Below are positions 27,532-41,270 of a stretch of DNA of 64,000 nucleotides, one piece after another. The DNA is from the human T2T-CHM13v2.0 reference genome, Homo sapiens. The notes under the pieces are model-generated. The model was not told where the DNA came from and ran no database searches. It worked only from the letters and a program-made list of their open reading frames with translations. Position numbers and translations under genes: made by a program. The stretch lies in assembly GCF_009914755.1 (NCBI RefSeq), contig NC_060944.1, one strand, 5' to 3'. Within the stretch, counting starts at the first letter, position 1. The number at the start of each line of letters is the position of its first letter.

Positions 27532-30500
27532 GCGTGCCCGCCAGGCTGCCTGGAGCCCAGCCCCTGCGCTCACAGCAGCTGGCTGGGAGCCCGGCCGGGG
27601 CTTGACCGGGTCTGGGGGCTCGCCTGCGGTCAGTCAGCCCGCGCACTCGGAGCCGGGGTCTGGGTTGCTCGGCCTTTCCCGTGCCCTCGGCCCTGGTGAC
27701 CCCTGCCCGGTCATCATGGAGAGCCCTGGCGCCTGTGGGGACCCGGGGTGGGGGTGGGGGAAACGCCTGCACCCGCGCTCCGGGGACTTGCCCTGCGGGG
27801 CATTTCCTCGGTGCATGTTTTGGGAATGTGGGTCTCCGGGGCAAGGAACGTCTGGAGGAGAAGGGATGGGGAGGAGGGGGTCTTGGAAAGCCGGTGCCCA
27901 GACCAGGGGTCCGCTCCACCTCCCGTTTGCACGGACCCTGGGTGCCAGCCTCCGTGTGGACAGGGCCCAGTGCAGGGTCCAGGGTGACCCGCAAGGCGCA
28001 GGCAGATGTGGAGTTACATAAGGGAAGATGAGGCGCCGGGCGGACCCAGCCGGAGGGGAGCGCGTCTAGCCTGGGCTCCGGCGGCCTCAGGCTGAGGAGG
28101 GAGCAGCAAGCCGCTCGGAGCCCAGCCACGGACCCCTGTGGACAGAGGGGCAGTCGCCACTGCAGCGGACAGACGAGGTCACTGCGCTCAGGGCGCAGGT
28201 GGTGGCTGTGTTAGCGCCTGTGGGAGGGGACGGGGGAGGAGAGGAGAGGTGGCAGGAGGGAGCGCCCCCACCACCAGACACATGCGCTCAGATACACCGG
28301 GTCAAGGACAGATTCCTCCTGAAACACTGAGGGCAGACAGACAGACATGCCCACACTCAGATACACAGACACCCACAGGCCAGGGAAGCAGCCACCAGCG
28401 CCAGGCTGAGGACCCACCAAGAGCGAGACACACATCAGACAGCAGGCAGGGAGGGAGCCGCGCCCCAGGAGAAGGAAGCAGCAACTCCGCTCACAGGAGA
28501 AGGAAGCAGCCGAAGGCATCCCTGGTGCCTCAAAGAGGCCAGAGTGTGCGTGTCTGGGGGAGGGGCTGCAGAGGGGACCCCGGGCGCTGACATGCACCGT
28601 CACTCCCCTACTTATAGCAGCTTCCCCATACTGTGGGGACCTGCCCCTTCCCCTCGCCCCCCGTGGCGCTTCAGAAACTTTGGGGAAGGAGGAGCTGGGA
28701 TTCCTCTGCTGCCACCTCAGGGCTGACTGCAGAAAGGAACCCCCAGACCCGTGGCCCCAGTCAGCCCACTATTTCACGGCTTCTAGGAGTCTGCTCTTGG
28801 GGGAGGGGTTCGGCTTCCCTCTCTGACTGCTTGGTTGTACTCATCCCACTCCACCTGCAAACCCTACTCCTCATACAGGCTCCCCCACGTTCCCTGCACC
28901 CCACCCCAACTCACCCAGTGTGGAGGGACTCTGCCTGGACCAGGGAAAAGTTTTCAAGGGGAAAAGTTCCATGGAGCTGGGCAGCAAGGGGCTGTGGGGC
29001 CATCAGAGCTGCCACCCATGCCTGCTGCAGCTCTTGACTCACTGTCCCCACCCAAACCAGAACTCCTTGTTGAGAGGACTCCTCCCCAGGCCCTTCTCCT
29101 CCCCAAATACCCACTGAGGCTGCAGGAGATGGCATTGGGTGGGGGTTAAGAGGGGGCCCTGGCTCTCTCCTTCACTGGCTGGAGCCTCAGTGTCCCCATC
29201 TTGGAATGGGGAATATAAATTGGAATCCCAAGCAGAACCAAGGATGAAGGGGTCTGGAGGCCCGCCCAGCCATTCTCCCTCCCCACCCCTCCTCCCCTGT
29301 CATCCACAGCTGCCCAGGCTTCCCCGTGAACTGACCAGCCCCGGAGAGCCTGGGCAGTGCTGGCCTGAGCCAGACGACCCAGACAGAGGGAGCTTTCCTG
29401 GTGTTCTCTCTGCCCCAGAGCCTCAGGAGGGACAGCTGAGCCCACACCTGCCCCACAGCTGTTCTGAAACCCTGCGGAACCTGCACCAAGATCCAGGGGC
29501 CCATGGAATCTGGACCCACAGGCGGGGAATCCCACACAGCGTGGCATCGGCCAGGGGACCCACTTCTGCAGCCTGTCACCACAGTGGTGACACATATCCA
29601 TCACACGCCTGTGGGTCACCTCAGGGCACGCTTGCGGGAAGTCAGAAGGAGGCCCCGGGGTTTGGCCCCTGGCAGTGGGGACCCAACTGTGTGACCCCGG
29701 CTGAGTTACCAAACTTCTCTAAGCTGCTGTAAATGGAGGCTGCCTAGAGAGGAGAGGGCCTGGCTTGTCCCCGAGGTCTGATGATGACAGTGGCTGGCGG
29801 CCGTGAACGCCCCCTAGACTCAGCCAGACTCGGTGGGAGTGCTTGGTACCTGACCTCACCAGCCCCTGCAAGACCATAAAGTTGGGCAGGACTTGCCTCC
29901 CTGCAGCGCTGGTGAGCTCCCCCGCCCGAGGTCACGCAGGCGCACCCTCTCCATGGCCACATGTCCAGCCCAGCCTGAGGCCAGCAAGCGCACCAGCATG
30001 ACCAGCAGCCATGCCAGAGGCCCCTGTCCTTGCCCAAACAGGAGGCCACTGTCCTCTGGGGTGGGGCTTGATGTGGCCACGGCAATGCAGGGTGCATGTG
30101 GCTGGTCCCTGTGTAGCCCGTCTAGCCCTGGGGGGCCCTGTCCCAGGGAGCAGCTATGTTGTGTATGTTGTGATGAGAAAAGAAAGTCGCCAGGGGAGAC
30201 CATCCCTGTATTCATGGGCAGAGGCCAATGTCCCGGCAGGCTGGTCCGGGCTGGGGAGGAAAAGGACTAGAGATGGAGACAGGAGCTCTGGGCCAGAGCC
30301 ATGTGGACGGCCACGTGACTGGGGGCCTAGCTTGTTGGTTTCGTATCACAAGCAAACACCCACAAGGAGCCATTCACCCTGAAGACGTGACATTAGCAAG
30401 CCTCTGTCATCGGCCACCCTCGAACTGGGATGTTTGAGGTGAATGCAGTGAGTGCAGCACGGCCCCACCGAGTGCAGTGGCCACCCTGGAGGCTACGTGT

Positions 30501-33500
30501 GGGCCAAAGGGCACCGACCCCCACCTCCCAAGGCCCACCTGCTGCTGCTGCCTCTGAATGTCTGACCGCCAGCAAGCGTTCAACACCCAGCCCCAAGAAG
30601 GGGACATTCTCTGAGGACAGCAAATAGCTGCTGGTGAGATGGCTCCATGGGTCCCCTTCCCCTAGCCCTCATGGACCACAGACCTGCTCCGGGTGTGCGT
30701 CGGCCTGTCTTGCCTGTTGAGCCTACGCTGCAATCCAGGGGCCTATGGACCTCAGATCCACAGGCAGAGATTCCTACACAGTGTGGCATCTGGCCAGGGG
30801 ACCCTCTTCCCATGAAGGCAGAGCCGGCATGGCCCCCGGCCATGGGCCCACCAGGGTCTGGGCTGCCACACCACCCAGGAGCAGCCTCCAGAGGCACACC
30901 AGCCTGGGGCACTCACCTCCAAGGCTGACTCTGCCCTGCAGACACGGATGACAGAGCAGAGTCCTTTCCATGGCGTCACGTCTCCAACAAGAAGACCACA
31001 GGCCTTCGGACCAGGGAAAGAGCAGGAGGGGCCCCGCCTGGCACCCTCCCAAGCATCCTCAGGGGAATCTGTGCTTTCCAAACTCTGGGCTCTGCAGGGC
31101 TCAAGCTTCTCATCTCTGAGGGACACCTGCTTACTGGGGACACAGCTGTGGATGGCTCCCAGGCACTTTGAGCTCCTGAGCTCCAGCAGACAAGACGAGG
31201 AGCCGCCTTTCTGTCGGGGTAAGTGGCCCTGATCAGCAGGAGAAGGTGGGGCTGCTATTTCCAGGAGAGGAGGGGTGGGAGGGGGTGGGTGTGAGACTCA
31301 GGGCCCTCTTGGGTGCCACGGCACCCCCTGGCCTGATCGTTTCTGTGCATGGACAAGTGTGGCCACCCCAGCCTGAGAAGGTCCAGTGGCCAGGGCTCAG
31401 GGAAGGAGCGTGAGCCTCCAGGACCTGCAGTGGCCACAGCCGAGGTGGGAGAGTGCAGGAGGGAGGGGACGCGTGCCAGGCGGGGCCCCAGCTCAGCTGC
31501 CCCTGTCCCCTGACCCCTGATCCTTCACAGGCCTCACCCCAACACATCTCTCCACCTCCCACGCTGTCTCGGCGTCTGCTTCCTGGAGGACCCACAGCCC
31601 AGGTTCCAATTTTGAAAGGGTGGTCAGGGAGTCTCCACTGAGGAGACACACGAGCAAAGGGGGAAGAAAGGGAGGTGGATATGGAGGAAGCAGAGTTCCA
31701 GGAAGGAGAACAGCAGGAGTGAAGGGCAAGGGATGGAGCACGTTCGTGTTCCAGGGACAACGAGGAGGCTCACGCGGCCGGAGCTCAGGCGGGGGCATGG
31801 GGAGTGCGTTCCAGGGGCAGGTCTTGTAGCCCCTTGAGCTGCTGCAAGGATGCTGATGTTTTCTCAGACAGGTGCTCCAGGAGGGCCTGGGGGACGCTTT
31901 TACACAATCCCCTGACTGCATTGGAGAGTGGTCTCTAGGTGGATGGGGGCAGAGAGACCAGAGGGGAGGCGTTGCAAGACTCCAGGTGGGAGGCAATGGT
32001 GGCGGTGGAGGTCAGGCAGACCTGGGCAGATTCTGACATGAGCTGGCATGTGAGGTGTGAGAGGGCAGAGGAGACGAGGCGCCCAGCCCAACTCCATAAT
32101 TTGGGCTCAAATGCCTCAAAGAAGGTGCTGACAATGAACCAGAGGGAGCAGGTTTGGGGGACGAAGAGGTGCCCTGTTTGAGGGCGCCAAGGCTGAATTG
32201 CCAACGGGATGTTCAAGAGATGAGACTGGTCAAATGGGCAGCCAGGGGCTGGGATGAGAGGAACTCTGGGCTGGTGGCCATGCTGGTGTCACAGCAGCGG
32301 ACAGCAGGACGCTCTCCCATCACCCTGTGCCATCGGGGGAGCACCTCTGCGGCCAGCATCTCTGGTGCCCAGAAAAGCTGATGGTGCGCCCAGGTGCTGT
32401 CCCCGCAGTGCTCTGTCTCTGCTGCATGGGGACGCAGCTGCTGGTGAGTAATATGGGGGTGAGGCGCAGGGCCGCCAGGGCCAGTGCAGGACAATTGTCC
32501 TTCTAGTTACAGCCAAGGCACCTGTGGGGGTCTGGGGCCAGCACTGTGCCGCCTCTTCCAAGGAACCCATATTTGCTTTCTCTCTTTCTGCAGGAGCTCA
32601 TTTGAATATGGGAATGTAAATTTTTCTTTTTTTGTTCCATGTCTTTTTTTCCCCCGTGACATTCTGAGCCAGCTCCGGGTGCATCCTGACGAGCTCAGGG
32701 CCTGGGTGTGACAAGAATGGCGTCTGAGGCCGCCAACTTGGAATGAAAAGTTGAGTCTGGTTTACCTGCCTTTGCAGACCAGGCAGAATTGGGCCCAAGA
32801 CTTGGGTGGTAGGAAGGAGAGAGGGGACAGGAGAGCCAGACATTAGTTGCTATAGTTTGGTTGAAAGTGAGAGAGCCCAAGTCCAAAGGGCCTAAGGACA
32901 AGGAGCAGGTGCTGTTTCCTACGCCCACGAAGTCCAGGGGCAGTGAGTTTCAGGCACAGCTGCATCTGGGCTCAAGTACAGTTGCTCCCTCCATTTCGTC
33001 TTATCCTGTGTGCACTTCATCCTCAGGCAGGGATTATCTCCCTGAGGTCTCTCCCTGCAGCTCCAAGTGACTCCCCTGTCCCCTCCTCCATCCCCAGGCA
33101 GGAGAGGAGGCTGCCTTTCAGCCAACAGAACCCCAGGATCAGCTGCTTTGGCCTGGCATTGGCCTGGCTTGGGCAATCGTGATGCCTGAGCTCACAACGG
33201 TGGACTCAAACCCTGGCTGAGGATGCACGAGGAGTGGAGGGGGAGTAGTGGTGGTCATCCCTGAAGCTGCTTTGAGGTCCCCGCGAGGAGCCCCTGCTTA
33301 ATCCCCCAGCAATGCCTCAGGGGTCCAAGTGCCATCCTGCTGGGACAGTGGGCCTGGGCACAGAGAGCCTGGCCGTGGTTGGGGCGGCAGGGAAAGTGCG
33401 ACTGCAGAGATGACCTTCTCTCGGGGCATCTGCTTCTCTTGTTCCCTGGCTGCTGTGAGAAGTGAGGCTGAGAGAGCAGGGAGAGGGGCAGTGATGGGTG

Positions 33501-33648
33501 ATGGCAGTTTGGCAGGTCTCAAGGGGCCCGGGCAGGATGGCTGTGGAGCCACCCGTGGTCCATCCGTAGGAAGGAAGCCTGCAGCCCGCTCGGGGTCTGC
33601 TCCCTGCTCACCCAGGGCTGATACAGCCAGCTTAAGGGACAGGGTCGC

Positions 33649-33783
33649 AGGCTGGGCGTGGGGGCTCATGCCTGTAATCCCAACACTTCAGGAGGCCAAG
33701 GCAGGAGGATTGCTTGAGACCAGGAGCCCAAGACCAGCCTGGGCAACACAGACAGATCCTGTCTCTACAGAAAATAAATAAAG
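33649..33783 (+). mobile_element. FLAM or single-arm Alu
   Basis: One Alu monomer with a short A-rich tail. Confidence 0.8.
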
Positions 33784-36149
33784 AGGCAGGGGCACACCCA
33801 CACCACAGGCCAGGACAGCGGCCCCCAGAAAACCAAGCTCCAATCACACCTCAGCTCCTTCTGCTGAGACTGGGGGCCTGTTGAGCCCTGGGGCCTGGGT
33901 CCGAGGGCAGAGGCTGGGGCAGGGAGAGTGCAGAACTGAATGGAGCCTGACCCAGCGCTCTTCCCTCCTAAGGATGGCGCCCGGTGGAGACATCAAGCAC
34001 GAGAGAAGGAGTGATCCCGGGAAGGCTCCCTGGAGGAGGTGGTGCCTGGAGGCGGTCTTGAGAACCCAGGTCTGATCTGAGGGTCAACAGCCCGGTGAGT
34101 GCAGAGGCTGCCGGAGAACTGGAGGAATAAAAAATCTTTGCCGGAGGAAAGGAGCTCCTGCCTCCCCGGAAAGTCCCTCCGTGTGAGCCAGACTGTTGCT
34201 GGCGTGCAGTGTGCACCTCCTAGGGCTGGCTGAGAAGTATTCGCTGAATGAATGGAACAGATTGCATCTGTGCAGCCTCCCTCCGTGGGCTAGGCATGAA
34301 GACGTGATAGAGAAAACAGAAAAGAAGACAGAAAGCAGAACGGTCTCCACTGTGCTTTTCCAGAACCCTCTGAAAGGCCGAGAGGGCTCCAGGGCAGCTG
34401 GGACCCAGCCCCAAACCCAAGTCCAGCTGTGGGGGACCCAGCCCCAGCCCAGGAGCCCTCGCCCCATCCGTAAGAGCATTTGGTGGGGCCTCCTGTGGCT
34501 ATGATCCAACAGAGCAGCACTGCCTGGGGGGCCTCCGAGCCAAACCCAGGCCATGACCCCCGATCCCTGCTGGTGCCTGGGGGTGAATCAGGCCCTGGAC
34601 AGTGGTAAGCATCAAGCCAGGGGGCCGCTGGGCCAGGCCAGAGGTAGGGACAGGCCCTGGGGGAGGGGGATGTCTGGACCGTCAAGCTGGTTGGCATCCA
34701 GCTCCTCCTGCTTCCCATGCCAGGGTGCCTTGAGACCCGGCTGGTGTCTGCCCTGAATACCTTGCCCACCCCCTCAGCCTAGGTCCCCCACCAAGTGGGG
34801 ACCAGGCTTGGTGACCCCGGTCCATCCTGCAGGCCCCCATCCAGGGCGCAAGGCTAGGCAGGCCAGCCAGGGGCCACGTGCTCCTGGCTGCTCCACACAC
34901 AGGCCGTTGGGGCCCTCCCCTCCAGCAGCTGAGGTCAGCATAGGCAGGGGCCTGGTGGATCTAGTGGAGGGCGACAGACAAGAACGTGGGACATGTGGCC
35001 AGCACACCTGTGCTCACCGCCCAGGGCTGCTGGAGGGCTAGCCCCGTCTCTGTCCACCCCCTGCCTCCCGCCTGGGTGGGGTAGTCTGTTTGGGGAGGAA
35101 GCAAGGATGGCCACGGCGGGGGCACACTGGAGGCCCGTTGTGAGTACTGTGCAGGCCGGTCTCCATCTGGCTGCCGCCTGGATCCGTTCTCAGGGTAAGG
35201 CTGAGAGGCCAGCCTTACCCTGGAACCTGAAGCCTGGTGAGGAGGTGGCCCCTCCTCCTCCCTCTGTCCCCACCTCCTGCACCTCCATGCCCCTCCCCAG
35301 ACACACGCCCCTCACGCTCTGCCCCACCCGGCACCTTCCCCTATGGGTGCCTCCTCCCAGAAGCCTTCAGGGTTATTCCAGGTCTTCCCATTGCCTGTGC
35401 TGTTCCCAGAGCTGCTGGCCGTGGTCCCAGGTAGTGTATGCCCTCACCCCTAGGGCAAACGCAGCGCCCTGACCCCTCCTGGAGCCTTGGGTCCTCTTCC
35501 CCTGCAGAAGGTCGGGAAGAGGCGCCACGTGGAGGAGCTGAGCAGTGCAGGTGGGCTCAGGGAGCCTCGTCCTGGAGGGGGAGTCTGGGCCCTACGAGGA
35601 CGAGGACAGAGATGGGGACAGGGACGGGGACGACCCTCTCTGTTGACTCCCTGGAGTCCCGCAGATCCAGGGCAGCTCCTGGGGACCTGGTGCCTGCTGG
35701 AAAAACTAACCCAGCTTTGATCAGTGCTGGGGCCGGGACCCAGTGAATGTGGCCGCCCCCGTGTGCTGGGGGAGGAAGGATGGGGGCTCCCAAGCAGCAG
35801 GCAAAGAATGCATGCGTGTGCGTGCGTGTGTCTATGTCTGCGTCTGTCAGTGTACACGTCTCTGTGCATCCGGGTATGTCTGTGCGTGTCTCTCTGGGCT
35901 ATGTGTGTGTGCACGTGCGTCTGTGGGTCTGCGGGTGTGTCTGAGGGTGTTTGGTGCGAGCTGTGACAGAGGTGTCGGGAGGAAACTGACACTGTCCCCT
36001 TCTGCCCTGCAAGGGACAGGTCAGGGTGGGAGAAACAGTTCCTCCCTCCACAAGGCCCTGAGCCAGGGCAGGGGGCGACAATTGCTCTAGAGGCAGACTC
36101 CCCTCCCCTGGGTCTGGGCACGAATCACTGTCACTTGCTGCCCACACGC

Positions 36150-37830
36150 CTTTCCATACACACACACACTCAACACTCATCCCACACACACTCGCACACG
36201 CAACACTCACACACTCAACACTCTCACACTCACCCCACACACACTCACACACTCAACACACACACTCAACACTCAGTCACACTCATCCCACACACTCACA
36301 CACTCAACACTCACACACACCCACACATTCACCCACACTCACACACACTCCACACACTTATCCCACACACCCACACACTCACCCCCCACACACTCAACAC
36401 ACACTCATCCCACACACTCACACACTCATCCCCCACACTCAACACACACACTCATCCCGCACACACTCACTCAAAGACTCATACGTTCAAACATACTTCC
36501 CCCCATTCCCCACACACTCACACTCAAATACGTACACACTTCCCCTCAATTCACACATACTCACACACACTTCCCCTCAATTCCACACAAACACACACTT
36601 CCCCATTCCACACTCACACTCACACACACTTCTCCAATTCCACACACACACACACAGTCACACTCAAACACATACACACTTGTCCCCATTCCACACACAC
36701 TCACTCTCACACACTTCTCAATTCCACACACACATACACACTTCCCCATTCCACACTCACACACTCACACTCAAATACACACACATTTCTCCCCATTCCA
36801 CACACACAAACACATACACACTTCCCCATTCCACACTCACACACTCACAAACACGTACATTCTCCCCATTCCACACACACTCAAACACGTACACACTTCC
36901 CCCATTCCACACACACTCACTTCCCCATTCCACTCACACACTCCCCCATTCCACACACACACTCTCACACACTCCCCCATTCCACACACACACTCACTCT
37001 CACACACTTCTCCTCAATTCCACACACACAAACACATACACACTTCCCCATTCCACACTCACACACTCACACTCAAACACACACATTTCTCCCCATTCCA
37101 CACACACACAAACACATACACACTTCCCTATTCCACACTCACACACTCACAAACACGTACATTCTCCCCATTCCACACACACTCACAAACACGTACACTT
37201 CCCCCATTCCACACACACACTCACTCTCACACACTTCCCCCATTCCACACACACACTCACACACACACTTCCCCAATTCCACACACACACACTCTCACAC
37301 TCCCCCATTCCACACACACTCTCACACACTCCCCCATTCCACACACACTCACTCACACACTTCCCCCATTCCACACACACTCACTCTCACACACTTCCCC
37401 ATTCCACACACACACTCACTCTCACACTTCCCCATTCCACACACACTCACTCTCACACACTTCCCCCATTCCACATACTTATGCTCACACAGTCACACAT
37501 ACACACAAACTCACTTCCATACTCACACCCTCAACACACCCATACACACACACTCCCAATTCCACACACTCTTCCACTCACACACTCACACTCATTCACT
37601 TCCACACACGCACACACTCCAATTCCACTCACACACATTTCCACTCACACACACTAACACTTTCACACACGCTCACTCATACACTTCCCCCAATTCCACA
37701 CTCTTCCATTCACACACACATTCATTCACACTTCCACACACACTCCCACAATGCCACACACACACTACACACTCACATTCACACTCTCACACACACACTC
37801 TGCCACACACACTTCCACTCACACACACAA
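36150..37830. repeat. CA-rich degenerate tandem array with a recurring CTTCCCCATTCCACAC unit
   Basis: About 1.7 kb almost free of G on the + strand. Confidence 0.95.
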
Positions 37831-39052
37831 CCAGAAAACAAGGGAACAAGCTGTCCCACCTGGGCTGTCCCTGGGGGAGCAGGGGAGAGTGCCTGGGACC
37901 GAAGGGCTTTGTAGGGCCTCACGTAGCTTTGCTTGGAACCCACCAAAGTGGCATGGGTGCGTCCTGGCTGCAGCTGGGAACCCGAGGTCCCGGGCCAGAC
38001 CAAGGGCATGAGCAGGGGGCAGCGCCGGGCCTTGATGGAGGATGATGGAGGCGCAGCTCCTAGACCCAGGTCAGAGGCTGTCTTTGCAGGACATGATGGG
38101 GCCATCTGGTCTCTCCCCAAGGCCCTGAGGGAATGACGGTCCACATCCCCGGAGTGCTTGTTACCCTGGTGCATCCCCCTGACCCTCCCCTACACTGGCC
38201 AACCTCACCTGGATCTGCCTCTTCCTGGCATCCCATCATCCTCTCACTTTTTCTGGAGTTGCTTAGCTGATCCAAGCAGAGATGGGAGTGCCCAAGGGAT
38301 GCACGGTGAGGTCACTGGGCGACTCCTCCATCCCCTGGGCTCTGTGTCCCACCTATGCAGCACTGGATGAGCCAGTGGTGGAAAGACCCTGGTGGAAACA
38401 TCTGGGGCTCCTTGGTGTGCATCTTGAGTGCCCACCTGTGTGCTCTTCTGAAGGGTGACCCCAGCCCGGAATGCCCTGATGAGGAGAGGAGGGAGTCAGA
38501 GACCTGTTGGGACATGTGGCCGTCCTCTCCCTGTGTGGCGAGGTGGGCAGATGGCTCAGGACACTTCATTTACCAGGATGGAAACTTTGCCTGCATCTGA
38601 GAGTACACTGGTGGTGCCATCTCCTTCAGGCATGGTTGGATCCAGGAGCCCGACGGCTACCATCAAAACTGGTGTCCCCACCCTGGGCTCAGCCTGCTGT
38701 CCTCTCAGACAGCCCTTGCCCTTGGCATGGCACCTCCAGGCTGACATCCCAGCTCAGACCTGGGGTCCATGAAGGGCCCAAGTACGATCTGACTGATTAT
38801 GGCTAGGCAATGAGTGATGCCCAGGTCCCAGTCACATGCCCTATTTGGGGCAAGAGATGGGCTCAGCCTAGTACCAGCCTATGGGTAGTTCCCAAAGAAG
38901 GATTCAGGGCTGCTCCTAGGAGATGTGGTGGATACTGGGCAGAGCCCCGGCAATGCCCACATGCCCTCCAAACAACTTTCCCTTGCTCTGCCTTCTCTGA
39001 GCCTCACCAAGCCCCCACGAAGTTGAGGCTCAGAGTGCCTCTGTGGCCTACT

Positions 39053-39202
39053 TAGGACCTCCATCAGCAGCTAGGATCTCCCTCAGCACCTAGGACCTCC
39101 ATCAGCAGCTAGGACCTCCATCGGCACCTAGGACCTCCATCGGCAGCTAGGACCTCCATCGGCAGCTAGGACCTCCATCGGCAGCGAAGACCTCCATCAG
39201 CA
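39053..39202. repeat. 19-bp minisatellite, about 8 copies
   Basis: TAGGACCTCCATC(A/G)GCA(G/C)C in tandem. Confidence 0.93.
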
Positions 39203-40819
39203 AAGGCTGGGTCTAGACCCCCATGGGCTCCAGATTCCACCCAACTCCCAGCCATCTGCCCAGACCGACCCACACCCACCTCCTGCAGATGCCCTGGGCA
39301 TTACTGAACCCCTATTTCCTGAAGCCAGCCAGCGAGTGGGAGCACCGGCCAGCATGGTCCTCCCTGGCCCCAGGGATCTCCCAGCCCTGGGACATGGGAC
39401 CCCTGGGCAGACTGCCTTCCCCCAGCTTGTGCAGGCTGGCACCAGGCACAGAAGCCCAGCACAGGGCCTCTTATCAGCCCCTCCATCTCTTCCCCAGAAC
39501 AGGCCCAGCCTGCTTGCCCAGCCTGTCACCATGCCTGGCAGGGATGGCATCACCCAGCCGGCTGTGTGCAACTGCTGAAACCCCGTGGGCCCTGCTTCCA
39601 GTGCCGCACCCTCCTCGCCCAGGATGGCTGCAGGATTTACCAGGTCCTCCGCACAGTGAAAATGTGAGCTCCTTGCCCCAAGATGATGAAGAATTTCAAG
39701 ACGGCAATGGTAGATTGGTAAATTAACCTCAGGTGCCATGTGACAGCACAGGTTGGGTGCTGTGAGCCATGCATGAAGCTCCTGGTGGGTACAGCTCTGC
39801 CTCATGGGTCACCCCTCTCTACCGTGACCACGAGGACTGGGCTGGGTATGCAGTGCCCTGCTGTGACCCCTGACACACAGACCCCTAGCCATCCCCTCCA
39901 CCCCCTCCCTGACCTCCTCTCCCAGGGATGCAACTGGGGGAGCACACCCATCCCCAGAAGAACCCCAAATCTCTGGCTGGCTGTCTCTTACCCAACCCCC
40001 ATCCCCAGCTCCAGCTGAGGGGCAAGCGTGCTGCTGGGCTGCTCCTGAGGAGAAACCCATGGCGCCACCCTCAGGCCCCCGGTGGCTCCTCAACCTGGGC
40101 CCCATCTCTGCCCCCCATCTTGGCTCCTCAGGCATATTTAAACTTTGCCCCTCCCACCCCCGTGCCTGGCGGATCCCCTGGCACTGAGGCCCAGCCAGTG
40201 GCTCCAGCCAACGCACTTGGCTCCCGCAGCAAGTTAAATCTAACCCAGCCCAGCTGTCTCTCCTCCGGCTCCCACCTGCCCCTCCCGTTCCCTGCAGGGA
40301 TGTGCCCACACCCTGCCAACCCTACATGGGCCCTCAGGAAGGGTGCAGAGGTCCCCCAGGGTCCCCCACTTTCCCACACTAGGAAAGCCCTTTGCCTAGC
40401 AGCCTCTGGGGTGGGTGCCCTGCTTCTGGAGGTACCCCGGCACCCAGGGTGGGGCCAGCAGAGTGCAGCAGGTTTTCAACAGGTATTTCAAGAAGGAGCA
40501 GGAACCCACTTCCCATCAGTCAGGGTGCAGCCAGGAAGAGGGAAACTCCAGGGCCAACGCTGAAGTGGCCGCTGCAGCACCACGCTGGGGCACGGAGTTG
40601 GAGTACAGCCCTTGTGCCACAGGCGTGCCAGGGAATGTGTGCCAGGCGCTCTGTCTTGCATCTGGGGCTGTCGGTTCTTCTGAGGCAGGGCACTCATGGG
40701 TCGCTTCTGGAGATGTCCACATTTCTGGGTCTGGGACTGTCTAGGCCTGGCTTTGGGGCCATCTGTAATCTGCTCCCCGTAGCCCCATGTTTTGTTTAGG
40801 CTGGAAGTGCACTCAGCTA

Positions 40820-41270
40820 AAATGCCGTTATCCTACCAAAAGTGGCATAGGATGGAGTTCTGGCCAGTGAGATGTGAGCAGAAGTGCTGGGTGTGTCTTC
40901 AGGGACAGATCCTCAAAGGGAGCTGACTCATCTAGGGGGCAGCACTTTTGCTCTTCCTCTTTTCCTTCCTCCTTTCTGGTCAGGTATGCTTGTGATGGCT
41001 GGAGCATCAGCAGCTGTTTTGGGCCATGAGGTGACACTGAGGCTGGAAGCCAGCACTAGGAGAGTGATACAGTAAGGTAGGAGCTGCGTCCCTGAGGATG
41101 CCACTAGGAGAGGATAGTGTAAGATAGGAGCTGTGTCCCTGAGGATGCATGGTACCCTGCCAGCTGGACAGCGCAGGCTTGTGTCACCGAGAGAAAAGTA
41201 CGTTTCTACTCTGTCGAAGCCTCTGTTACTCTGAGCTTTCTCAGGAACGCAGCTCTAACCAGTTCTAAAG
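40820..41270. mobile_element. Old MLT1-type LTR fragment
   Basis: gttctggccagtgagatgtgagcagaagtg and gctggagcatcagcagctgttttg resemble old MLT1 subfamilies. Confidence 0.5.

Larger units (their letters stand above)
26500..28250. promoter_or_regulatory. HRH3: HRH3 CpG island and promoter with GC boxes and CCAAT box
   Basis: Very high GC and CpG density. CCAAT on the - strand at 27462-27458 and tandem GC boxes at about 27474-27503. Confidence 0.85.

Noticed and set aside
26553-28129. ORFs of 200-350 aa across the HRH3 CpG island
   Set aside because: Stop codons are depleted in very GC-rich DNA and the starts are mostly GTG/TTG. Only the ATG-initiated uORF at 27241 was kept.
36135-38045. 636-aa His/Thr-rich ORF and the overlapping 325-aa ORF
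   Set aside because: They are translations of the CA-rich array, with non-ATG starts and no gene structure.
39053-39202. Regular short repeats resembling a CRISPR array
   Set aside because: The units are directly adjacent with no unique spacers, and the DNA is human with no cas genes.
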